The notes: generated from the sequence alone by a model not told the origin. A DNA stretch of 32,000 nt from Demequinaceae bacterium (GCA_965250005.1 OZ252279.1:1-32000); one strand, 5' to 3'; counted from the first letter of the stretch, positions 9,957-18,425 are shown. Translations and numbers: made by a program.

Positions 9957-10457
9957 ATGACGCAATCACAGATTGCCGACACTGAGCGCACAACTGGGAC
10001 ATGGAAACGTGCTCCCTATGTCACATTTGTGCGGACGTCCATCGCGCTTGGTGTTCAGATCGCTCTAATGGCGGTTGTCTTGTTCGTTGCTGTTTCTTTG
10101 CCTGACGCCGGTGACACAGGGTACCCCCTGCTCGTTGGGATGGCTGCGTTCCTCTTCGCAGGCGGAGCGGTCTTGTACGCGATTGGTGTCTACTGGTGGA
10201 CGGACCACGCGTTTGCCCGGTTCGGTCGGCTGCGCAGCCTCCTCGCCCACATGGGAATCGTAATTGCTCTCACCCTGGTGTACGCCATTGGGGCCGCGCT
10301 AGCAGGTGACGACGTCTTGGCCTCGATAGGCCTCTGGTCCGACCCTGCCTACGTCTGGGGCTTTGGTGGCACCGGCAGTCTCTTGGTCGCGGTCGGCACG
10401 GCGACGGCAGGCCTCAAGCGCGAGTCTTTCGCTCCGAGCATTGACGAGCCAATCTAG
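9957..10457 (+). CDS. Small multi-TM protein, WWxDH family (166 aa)
   Basis: ATG preceded by GGAGGAGGG. TWKRAPYVTFVRTSIALGVQIAL ... AGGAVLYAIGVYWWTDHAFARFGRLRSLLAHMGIVIAL ... VWGFGGTGSLLVAVGTATAGLKRESFAP. Confidence 0.85.
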   Translation: MTQSQIADTERTTGTWKRAPYVTFVRTSIALGVQIALMAVVLFVAVSLPDAGDTGYPLLVGMAAFLFAGGAVLYAIGVYWWTDHAFARFGRLRSLLAHMGIVIALTLVYAIGAALAGDDVLASIGLWSDPAYVWGFGGTGSLLVAVGTATAGLKRESFAPSIDEPI

Positions 10458-10648
10458 AGGTGAGTGCCCACCTAGTTGGGTCGCAGCAGCCAGTCGAGCC
10501 AGCCTCGGCCGATCATTAGCCGGGCGCCCAGCGGGATGGCGACCGCTACGGCGAACATTCAGATGCGGTCGGTGTAGTTGCGACGCATGGTCGTTTCAGT
10601 CTATGTCGGCTAGCCGTCGGACGGCCTGAAGGTGTTGAAGACCAACGG

Positions 10649-11644
10649 CTAGGCGATCGCGAGGGCCTCGTCGATTTGGTGCCGGAGCGCCCGTGCGTCG
10701 CGTCGCGCCTGGCCAGGCGAGTGGCCGTACGCGCGGCTGAAGGCTCGCGAAAATGATGCCTCGGACTGGTACCCGCATCGCGCTGCGACCGTGGCGACCG
10801 TGTCAGCCGTGTCCTCGAGCGTCTGACGCGCCACCTGCATGCGCCACTCCGTCACGTACTGCATGGGGCTTTGGTGCATGAAGTCGCTGAACCGCTCGGA
10901 GAAGGAAGAGCGGGACATTTGCGCCTCGCGGGCCAGGGACTCAACTGTCCACGCGCCGCCGGGAGCATCCGCGACTGCCCGCAGGGCACGCCCCAGTTGC
11001 TCGTCGCGGAGTGCGGCGAGCCACCCATCGCGGGCCTCGGGGGCGCGCTCGATCCAGTGCCGCAGCGCCTGGATCACCAGCACGTCGGCAAGACGGGTGA
11101 TGATCGTCTCGCCGCCCGGGCGCAGCTCGCCCGCCTCGCGCGCGATGAAGCGCACCGTGCTGTGCAACCAGCTTGCCGCGTCCTCGTCGAAGCTGTCGAC
11201 CGTGATGAGGTTCGGCAGTTGGTCCACGAGCCGTTGGCCCGTGACGTGGTCAAACCGTATGACGCCGTACAGGCCCTGGGCGGCCTCGCCGCCGCCACCC
11301 GCGCGCGCGACTTCGTAGCGGTCGCTGATTGCCTCTACGTCGAGGTCCGCGAGCGCGGTCACGGGTGCGTCGGGCCCGGAGGTGAACTGGTGTGCAACGC
11401 CGTGCGGGACGAGCGTCAGGCTGCCGGGCTCGAGCGCGACCGGCGCCGAGTCCCCGACGGTGATCCACGCGCGGCCCGCGGTCATCGCGAGGAAGCTGAG
11501 CGTTCCGGGAATGGAGGGGATGCCGATTCCCCACGGCGCAGTAAGTTCGCTGCGGCAGTAGAGCGCGCCGGTGAGGCGGAGGCGATGGAGCGCGATCCCG
11601 AGCGGGTCGGTTGCGGAAGGGGCAGTGGGGCTGGGGGAGGCCAT
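10649..11644 (-). CDS. AraC-family transcriptional regulator with N-terminal cupin-type domain
   Basis: N-terminal LTLVPHGVAHQF type cupin; C-terminal WTVESLAREAQMSRSSFSERFSDFMHQSPMQYVTEWRMQVARQTLEDTADTVATVAARCGYQSEASFSRAFSRAYGHSPGQARR. Confidence 0.95.
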   Translation of the reverse strand: MASPSPTAPSATDPLGIALHRLRLTGALYCRSELTAPWGIGIPSIPGTLSFLAMTAGRAWITVGDSAPVALEPGSLTLVPHGVAHQFTSGPDAPVTALADLDVEAISDRYEVARAGGGGEAAQGLYGVIRFDHVTGQRLVDQLPNLITVDSFDEDAASWLHSTVRFIAREAGELRPGGETIITRLADVLVIQALRHWIERAPEARDGWLAALRDEQLGRALRAVADAPGGAWTVESLAREAQMSRSSFSERFSDFMHQSPMQYVTEWRMQVARQTLEDTADTVATVAARCGYQSEASFSRAFSRAYGHSPGQARRDARALRHQIDEALAIA

Positions 11645-11795
11645 GTCCTCATTATCGCTCCAAACTATCCCATCCGTCTACAGAATTGGACGAACGGCAA
11701 GGAATCATGGATTCTAGGCGATTGTGCGTCCAGCCCCGACGAGCCAGGCTTGTCGCAGCGGCGCACAGCGTGCCGCATCGACGAAAGGTAGTCCC

Positions 11796-12386
11796 ATGCA
11801 GAAGTCCCGCCTCATCACCCCGATCCTCAGCATTACCGCTGTGGTAGGCGCGTTCGTCGGGATCGCACTGGTATTCGCGCCCGTGTGGTTCCAAGGCACG
11901 TCCGAGATCGCTACGACGGACAACCCGAGCGCGCCAAGCAAGTTTCGCCGGCGCCCCCTCGTCACGCTGACGCGCTGGCTTGTTGGCCTGGGTGCCGTTG
12001 GCCTGGGCTACGGCACGATCGTTGTCGTGTGGCGGGCTATGGGCTCCCGCGACTACGACAACGACAACGACTTTCTCTGGTCTGTGACGGTCGACTTTTC
12101 TGCTCTGGCGGGCCTCTACGTGCTCCTCATCGTTTGGTGGGTCGACCACCTGCTCGCGAAGCGCGGCCGGCGTCGGGCACTCGTCGGCCACTGCGTGATC
12201 GCGGCCGTGATGGGGATCCCGTTGCTGACGCTTGGGTCCCGCGGCGAGGGCGTCGTCGTCTACGTTCTCGTCCTCGCGACCACGGTAGGTGCCGTGCTGT
12301 TGGCGGGGCTCATCCCCGGTTCCTTTGCTCGGGAGACGGCAGCCAGCAGGGCGAGCGGCGAAACCACCTCGGGCAAGTCGCGCTAG
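11796..12386 (+). CDS. Small multi-TM protein, WWxDH family
   Basis: ATG at 11796 behind GAAAGG. RRRPLVTLTRWLVGLGAVGLGYGTIVVVW ... YVLLIVWWVDHLLAKRGRRRALVGHCVIAAV ... YVLVLATTVGAVLLAGLIPGSFARE. Confidence 0.82.
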   Translation: MQKSRLITPILSITAVVGAFVGIALVFAPVWFQGTSEIATTDNPSAPSKFRRRPLVTLTRWLVGLGAVGLGYGTIVVVWRAMGSRDYDNDNDFLWSVTVDFSALAGLYVLLIVWWVDHLLAKRGRRRALVGHCVIAAVMGIPLLTLGSRGEGVVVYVLVLATTVGAVLLAGLIPGSFARETAASRASGETTSGKSR

Positions 12387-12410
12387 GCGTGTTTGTCCGC
12401 CTGCGGCGAC

Positions 12411-12672
12411 GCTAGCTGGGCCAGCAGTCCGTCGGCTTGAAGGCGTTCGCGTCCACTGCTCAAGCGGCGAGCGCCCGGCGCACGCCGTCGCGGCCGTCGA
12501 TCACCAGGCGGCGCAGTGCGTCGTGGGCGTCTGTTTTGTCGGCGAGCCACGCGTCGGCGCGATGCTGGAGATCCGCCACGCGCACCGATTGCAGCACGCG
12601 GCTCAAGCCGTCATTATTCACCGCCGCTGCGGCGAGTTCTTTGCACGGACTCGCAACCAACCGTGACACGGT
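12411..12672 (-). pseudogene. Decayed 3' fragment of an M1 aminopeptidase N (pepN) gene
   Basis: Reads CKELAAAAVNNDGLSRVLQSVRVADLQHRADAWLADKTDAHDALRRLVIDGRDGVRRALAA*AVDANAFKPTDCWPS*. Compare the window's PepN C-terminus TDQWLASNPEESPALRRLLIEARDGVRRSLVAQQADANRYGATDCWPV. In-frame TGA inside and no upstream catalytic part. Confidence 0.75.
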
Positions 12673-12737
12673 CTGAAACGTTTGACATGTACACCAACAC
12701 GGCGTGGCGTTGATGCCGTGGCAACCGGGGGATAGCA

Positions 12738-13643
12738 ATGGCCAACAAGCAAACACGGACACTTGCCAGCGGATGGGAGCGAAGCCGCCGCGCGTCCGTG
12801 CGGCGCGCACTCGTCGCGGTCATCGGGATACCGGTCGCGTTCATGGAGTGGGGGCTCATCTTTGCTGCGGCCGGAGGGGATCCCTACGCAACCCGCAATG
12901 ACGACTGGCGCCCGGGGATCATCGGCATCCTGTTCGGCCTCGCGTATCTGGCCGTGGTGGGCTGGTGGCTCGACCACCGCATCGCCTGGCGAGGCGGCGT
13001 GGTGACTGTCGGAGTGCACGTTGCCGCTGCGGGCCTGCTGAGCACACCGTGGCTGTTCATGGCGCCGGACGGAGGCGCGCAGGTCGCGGTGAACATGCTG
13101 GGCATCGCCACAGCGACGATTCTTGCCGCGACGGTCCGGGGATCGTTTCCCGCGCGCGGCGCCGGCAACGCGATGGAGGCGGGCGGTTCTGACGAAGTTG
13201 CCGCAACTTGGCGCCGCCCCCGGCTCACGACATTTAAGCGGTGGCTCGCTGGACTGGTTGGCGCCGGCATCGGCTTTGGATTGACGCTCGTGGTGTGGCA
13301 GTCCGTCAACGATCGATACTCAGAGGCCTTCCTCTTCGATCCGGTGGCGATCTACGCAGTTGGCGCCGGCGTCTATTTGTTGCTCGCTTCGTGGTGGGTC
13401 GACCATCTGGCCGCGCGCCTTGGCCGGTGGCGCGCGTTCCTTGTGCACGTCATCATCGCGGCGGTCCTCGCCGCGCCGTTCGCCGCCCAGGGCCGGTACG
13501 GCGAGGGTGTGATCCTTTACGTGTGCGTGGTCGCCACCGCAGTGGCCGCTGTCTTGGTCGCGGGGCGCGTGCCCGGGTCGTTTGCGTCCTCAGAGGCCCA
13601 GGCTGACGGGACGGCTGCGCGTGCTCCAGACCGCCCCTGGTAG
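12738..13643 (+). CDS. Two-domain WWxDH-family membrane protein (tandem fusion)
   Basis: First half VVGWWLDHRIAWRGGVVTVGVHVAAAG ... ATVRGSFPARGAG; second half RRPRLTTFKRWLAGLVGAGIGFG ... LLLASWWVDHLAARLGRWRAFLVHVIIAAV ... VAGRVPGSFASSEA. Confidence 0.82.
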   Translation: MANKQTRTLASGWERSRRASVRRALVAVIGIPVAFMEWGLIFAAAGGDPYATRNDDWRPGIIGILFGLAYLAVVGWWLDHRIAWRGGVVTVGVHVAAAGLLSTPWLFMAPDGGAQVAVNMLGIATATILAATVRGSFPARGAGNAMEAGGSDEVAATWRRPRLTTFKRWLAGLVGAGIGFGLTLVVWQSVNDRYSEAFLFDPVAIYAVGAGVYLLLASWWVDHLAARLGRWRAFLVHVIIAAVLAAPFAAQGRYGEGVILYVCVVATAVAAVLVAGRVPGSFASSEAQADGTAARAPDRPW

Positions 13644-14173
13644 CGGGCCGAAAATCTCGCCGCGCGCCGTGCAACTCTCGCCGCAAACATGAGAGTGGGA
13701 TCGCGAAGAGGGGATCAAATGCCACGTCATCCAATGACGTATCGCAAAAATCCAAGGAGTCGGTGCTGGCGGCTGAAGTGTGGAGGCCTTCCGCAACGGT
13801 GACGCTCATGCGAAGTGTGATTGCGCTCTCAACAACAGTCGTCGTGCTCGTGCTCGTGCTCGTGCTCGCGGCTGTGGTCGGTCCTGCCCTGGAATCAGAT
13901 ATCGTCGGTGACGAAACAGGTTCCTTCTGGATGTTTGCAATATTCGCTGCGGGCGGGGCGTCGCTATACGCTGCTGTTGTCTACTGGTGGACGGACTACC
14001 TTTTTGCGCGCCTGGGGCGCGGGTACAGTTTGCTGGCTCACTTGGGAGCAATCGCTCTCATCACTACCGTGTTCGCGTTCGTTCAATTGAATGTCCGCGC
14101 CAACGACTTCAGGCCTTTCGACTTCTGAACCGCCCTGGGTTTTGTTCCGATCTCTATTTGAGAGGATCGGATC

Positions 14174-14491
14174 ATGCCAAAGAGATATCCAGAGGAGTTC
14201 AAGGCCCGCGCGGTCAGGCTCGTTGACGAAGCGGTCGGCGAGGCAGGTGCCAGCGAAACGGATGCCATGTCGAGGGTTGCTACCCGTTTGGGGGTGTCAA
14301 CGGAGTCTGTTAGACGGTGGCGTCGCCAGGCTCGTGTTGATTCGGGCATCGAGCGGGGCGTGACGAGTGAGGAGTCGACGGAGATGCGGCGGCTACGTCG
14401 CGAGAACACTGAGTTGAGGCGTGCAAACGAAATATTGCGGACTGCGTCAGCGTTTTTTGCAGCGGAACTCGACCGCCCCACGACGAAATGA
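14174..14491 (+). CDS. IS3-family transposase OrfA (HTH)
   Basis: MPKRYPEEFKARAVRLVDEAVGE...VATRLGVSTESVRRWRRQARVDSG...EMRRLRRENTELRRANEILRTASAFFAAELDRP. Confidence 0.95.
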   Translation: MPKRYPEEFKARAVRLVDEAVGEAGASETDAMSRVATRLGVSTESVRRWRRQARVDSGIERGVTSEESTEMRRLRRENTELRRANEILRTASAFFAAELDRPTTK

Positions 14492-15399
14492 TTCGATACA
14501 TCGATGAGTATCGGGATCAATTCGGGGTTGAGTTCATTTGTCGCACACTTGCTGCGACACCCGGTGGGTTCATTACCTCGCGCGGCTATCGGGCCGCGAA
14601 GTTTCGGCCTCGCTCCGACAGATCAATTCGGGACGAGCAGGTCGGTGAGGCCCTGACCCAAATTCATGCTGCTAACTATTCGGTTTACGGGGTGCGTAAA
14701 ATGTATGCGGCGATGCGTAGGGCCGGCTGGGATGTGGGCCGCGACCAGGTGGCCCGCCTCATGCGCAAGAGCCATTTGCGTGGGGTTCGCCGTGGCAAGA
14801 GAGTCTTCACGACCGTTACGGACCCTGCCTCGATGCGACCAGCTGACTTAGTGGAGCGGCGCTTCACCGCTAGTGGTCCGCGTGAGCTTTGGGTCGCGGA
14901 CATCACCTATGTGGCCACCTGGAATGGCTTCGCCTACACCGCTTTCGTCACCGACGTCTTCAGTCGCAAAATCGTCGGCTGGGCAGTATCCAGTTCGTTA
15001 ACTACCCAGTCGTTGCCGTTACAGGCACTCGAGATGGCTGCCTTCATCAACGACACTGGGGAAGGTCTCATCCATCACAGCGATATGGGCACGCAATATG
15101 TGTCCCTGGCTTACTCCGACCGCCTCACCGACCTCGGCATCACCGCTTCTGTCGGATCCCGTGGAGACAGTTACGACAACGCCCTAGCCGAGTCCGTCAA
15201 CGCCGCCTACAAAGCCGAACTGATTCGTGCTCGAAAGCCCTGGCGAACCATCGAGCAAGTCGAGTTCGCAACCCTGGAATGGGTCCACTGGTTCAACACC
15301 GCCCGACTCCACGAAAACCTCGGCCACCGAACCCCAGCAGAAATCGAAACCGAGCACTACGCTCAAACCCAGAGGGCATCAGCCCTCACAACCACCTAG
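14488..15399 (+). CDS. IS3-family transposase OrfB (rve/DDE integrase core)
   Basis: YSVYGVRKMYAAMRRAGWDVGRDQVARLMR, LWVADITYVATWNGFAYTAFVTDVFSRKIVGWAV, LIHHSDMGTQYVSLAYSDRL, SRGDSYDNALAESVNAAYKAELI. ATGA overlap with orfA. Confidence 0.95.
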   Translation: MIRYIDEYRDQFGVEFICRTLAATPGGFITSRGYRAAKFRPRSDRSIRDEQVGEALTQIHAANYSVYGVRKMYAAMRRAGWDVGRDQVARLMRKSHLRGVRRGKRVFTTVTDPASMRPADLVERRFTASGPRELWVADITYVATWNGFAYTAFVTDVFSRKIVGWAVSSSLTTQSLPLQALEMAAFINDTGEGLIHHSDMGTQYVSLAYSDRLTDLGITASVGSRGDSYDNALAESVNAAYKAELIRARKPWRTIEQVEFATLEWVHWFNTARLHENLGHRTPAEIETEHYAQTQRASALTTT

Positions 15400-15558
15400 G
15401 AACGAAACCCAGGGCGGTTCATTCTGGTATGTGACGGGGCCCGTTTGGGTTCTTGGCGGAGTGTGTTGCGTGCTGATTGCAATTGGCACGACAGCGGCGG
15501 GGCTCATGCGTGGATCGTTTGCGCCCCGCAGCCCGTCGTTGCGTGGGAATTCAGCGAA

Positions 15559-18249
15559 CTAGACCGGCCAGCAGTCGGTCGCGCCGTAGCGGTTGGCGTC
15601 CGCCTGCTGGGCAACCAAGGAGCGCCGCACGCCGTCGCGGGCCTCGATGAGCAAGCGGCGCAGCGCGGGGGACTCCTCCGGGTTGGATGCCAGCCACTGG
15701 TCCGTGTGCTTCATGATCCCGTCCGGCTCGGAAGCCGCTCCGGCGCCCACGCGGCGACCCGTCAGGGCGGCCGGGAACAGTCCCTCGATCAGGTTCTGCG
15801 CCATTTCTAGCGTCTTGGTATCCCACAGGCGGGCGACCGCGTCAAAGTAGGGTTCCACAAAGGGCTCGATCAGCGCGAGATTGTGAACGCGGTGGAAGCC
15901 CATGATGGTTGCGGCCTGCAACGCATTTGGGAGATCCTCTCCCGCGGCGGCGTCGATGAGCGCAGCCCACGCCGCCGTCTTGGCCTCGGGCGTCGGAATG
16001 GCAGCGCGCGCTATGGTCGCGAAGCGCTCGCCGGTGGCGGTGTTGTCTTCGGCCAGGCGTTCGGCAATCTGGGGCTCCCCAGCCCGGCCGCCAGCGACCA
16101 GCGACACCAGCAGCTCCCAGCCAAGGTCCGTGTCGATTTCGAGGCCCTCGAACTTGGCGGTGCCGTCCAGCAGGGAAGCGACCGCGTCCAGGTGCGTGGG
16201 CGTCTCGGCCCGGCCCGCGAACGCCTTGACCAACTGATACTGGCTGTCGCCACCGGCCTCGGCCTCGCCCGCGAGACTCCAGAGCGCGTCGCCCGTTTTT
16301 CCTTGGACGTGCTCCGCCGCAACGGGCTGGACGTACAGGTCCAGCGACGTGCTCATCTGGCGCAACAGCATCAGCACCACGGTGGATTCGGATTCAGCGC
16401 CGATGTTGTTCAGCACCAGGTCGATGAAGTCGCGTCCGGCCATCTCGCCGTCGCGGGTCATGTCCCACGCGGCGGCGAAGACCATCGAGCGGGGCAAGGA
16501 GTCTTCGAACGCATCCACGTGCTCGATGGCGGTCTTGAGCGAGGCGTCGTCTAGGCGGATCTTGCCGTACGCGAGGTCTTCGTCATTCACCAGCAGCAAG
16601 TCCGGCATGGGTTTGCCCGCCACGTCCGCGACGGCGGTGGATGCTCCATCGATGTCTGTCTCCACATGCCAGGACCGCTTCATGACCGCGCTGGCACCTT
16701 CGCCGGTGACGTCGTAGCCGCCGATGCCCATGCGGTGCGGGCGCTGCGTTGGCCAGTCGTCGGGTGCCTCCTGGGTGACGGTGAAGGCCGCGATGGTGCC
16801 GTCGTCGGCGGTCTGAATCGAAGGGCGCAGCGTGGTGACGCCGGCCTTCTCCAGCCAGAGCCCGCTCCATTCGTCGAGGTCGCGGCCGGAGGTCTTCTCG
16901 AGCTCCACGAGCAGGTCGCGCAGGGTGGTGTTGCCGCGGGCGTGCTTGCGGAAGTACTCGGCCACTCCAGCGAAGAATGCGTCCTGGCCGACCCATGCCA
17001 CCAGTTGCTTGAGCACGGACGCGCCCTTGGCGTACGTGATGCCGTCAAAGTTGACCTCGACGTCCTCGAGGTCGTTGATGGTGGCGACGATAGGGTGCGT
17101 GGACGGCAGCTGGTCCTGGCGGTACGCCCACGATTTCTCGAGTGTGTTGAACGTGGTCCACGCACTGGGGCCTTGCATGGTCTGGGCGGCGCAGAGCGTG
17201 GAGACGTACTCCGCAAAGGATTCGTTGAGCCACAGGTCGTTCCACCACTTCATGGTGACCAGGTCACCAAACCACATGTGTGCGAGCTCATGGAGGATGG
17301 TCACGGTGCGGCGCTCAACGCGGGCTTGCGCCACCTTGGAGCGGAACACGTAGTCCTCGAGGAACGTCACGGCGCCGGCGTTCTCCATGGCCCCCGCGTT
17401 GAACTCCGGCACAAAGAGCTGGTCGTACTTGGGGAACGGGTATGCCATATCGAACAGGTTCTCGTAGTACGTGAACCCGGCCTGGGTGATGTCCAGGATG
17501 ACGTCCGCGTCCAAGTGCTCGGCGAGGCCCTTGCGGCAGTAGACGTCCGCGCCGATGCGGCCCTTGCTGCTCAAGACGCTGCCCTCGACCTTGTGGTACG
17601 GACCGGCGATGATGGCGGTCACGTAGCAGGGGAGCACGCCGGTGGGCTCGAACGCCCAGGTGCTGACTCCGCGCGTCTCGCCGGCGAGCGCGATGGTCGC
17701 GCCCTCAACGGGGACGGCCTCCGGGCTGAGGGAGTTGCTCACCACGTGCCAGTGCGCGGGCGCGGTGACGGTGAACTGGAAGGTGGCCTTGAGGTCGGGC
17801 TGCTCGAACACCGCGAACACGCGGCGGGTGTCGGCCACCTCGAACTGGCTGTACAGGTAGATCTCGTCGTCCTCGGGGTCCACGAACCGGTGGAGGCCCT
17901 CGCCGGTGTTCATGTACGCGCAGTCGGCGGTGACCACCAGCACGTTGGAGTGCTCGAGCGCGGGAAGCTCGATGCGGCTGTCCTTGAAGTGGGTTGCCGG
18001 GTCCAGCTCGGTGCCATTGAGGACGATGCTGTGGACGCGCGGGGCGATCAGGTCGATGAACGTGGACTCGCCTTTGGTGCCGCCGAACCGCACCGTGGTG
18101 GTAGAGCGGAACGTGGGCGTCTTGTCCGTCAACCCCGTGGTGAGGTCGAGATGCACCTCGTAGGAGTCGGACTGAACGGTGGCGGCGCGGGCCTCGGCCT
18201 CGGCGCGGGTCAGGTTCTCTGCGGGCATGGTTCGAGTCTGCCACGGCAC
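15559..18249 (-). CDS. pepN: Aminopeptidase N (M1 family)
   Basis: GAMENAGAVTFLEDYVF (GAMEN), TILHELAHMWFGDLVTMKWWNDLWLNESFAEYVS (HEXXH-x18-E zinc site), ERAP1-like C-terminus. Confidence 0.97.
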   Translation of the reverse strand: MPWQTRTMPAENLTRAEAEARAATVQSDSYEVHLDLTTGLTDKTPTFRSTTTVRFGGTKGESTFIDLIAPRVHSIVLNGTELDPATHFKDSRIELPALEHSNVLVVTADCAYMNTGEGLHRFVDPEDDEIYLYSQFEVADTRRVFAVFEQPDLKATFQFTVTAPAHWHVVSNSLSPEAVPVEGATIALAGETRGVSTWAFEPTGVLPCYVTAIIAGPYHKVEGSVLSSKGRIGADVYCRKGLAEHLDADVILDITQAGFTYYENLFDMAYPFPKYDQLFVPEFNAGAMENAGAVTFLEDYVFRSKVAQARVERRTVTILHELAHMWFGDLVTMKWWNDLWLNESFAEYVSTLCAAQTMQGPSAWTTFNTLEKSWAYRQDQLPSTHPIVATINDLEDVEVNFDGITYAKGASVLKQLVAWVGQDAFFAGVAEYFRKHARGNTTLRDLLVELEKTSGRDLDEWSGLWLEKAGVTTLRPSIQTADDGTIAAFTVTQEAPDDWPTQRPHRMGIGGYDVTGEGASAVMKRSWHVETDIDGASTAVADVAGKPMPDLLLVNDEDLAYGKIRLDDASLKTAIEHVDAFEDSLPRSMVFAAAWDMTRDGEMAGRDFIDLVLNNIGAESESTVVLMLLRQMSTSLDLYVQPVAAEHVQGKTGDALWSLAGEAEAGGDSQYQLVKAFAGRAETPTHLDAVASLLDGTAKFEGLEIDTDLGWELLVSLVAGGRAGEPQIAERLAEDNTATGERFATIARAAIPTPEAKTAAWAALIDAAAGEDLPNALQAATIMGFHRVHNLALIEPFVEPYFDAVARLWDTKTLEMAQNLIEGLFPAALTGRRVGAGAASEPDGIMKHTDQWLASNPEESPALRRLLIEARDGVRRSLVAQQADANRYGATDCWPV

Positions 18250-18425
18250 TATGGTTCGTATGGGACGTGTCGGCAGAGAGTGGCTAGTGCAGGTTGGTCG
18301 CCATTTCGGATACGTGCGCTAACGCGGGTTCGATACGGTCACTGTGGACGACAGCGAGATAATGAGCCTCGGCGGTCCGTGGTTGATCACCGGTCGCGGT
18401 CCGCGATCATCCGAGTCAGGAACGG

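Larger units (their letters stand above)
14126..15421 (+). mobile_element. IS3-family insertion sequence, 1296 bp, structurally intact
   Basis: Terminal inverted repeats TGAACCGCCCTGGGTTTTGTTCC (14126-14148) and GGAACGAAACCCAGGGCGGTTCA (15399-15421), 22/23 match; flanking TTC duplication (14123-14125 and 15422-15424); orfA and orfB open. Confidence 0.95.
13763..15562 (+). pseudogene. WWxDH-family membrane protein gene interrupted by an IS3-family element
   Basis: 5' part 13763-14125 (GTG start; ...GGASLYAAVVYWWTDYLFARLGRGYSLLAHLGAIALITT...RPFDF) and 3' part 15425-15562 (WYVTGPVWVLGGVCCVLIAIGTTAAGLMRGSFAPRSPSLRGNSAN*) rejoin in frame when 14126-15424 (the IS plus one TTC copy) is removed, giving 166 aa. 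Confidence 0.88.

Noticed and set aside
12289-12666. 125-aa + strand ORF and overlapping 12614-13019 ORFs
   Set aside because: They cross the end of a WWxDH gene and the pepN remnant. The coherent signal is the - strand aminopeptidase tail.
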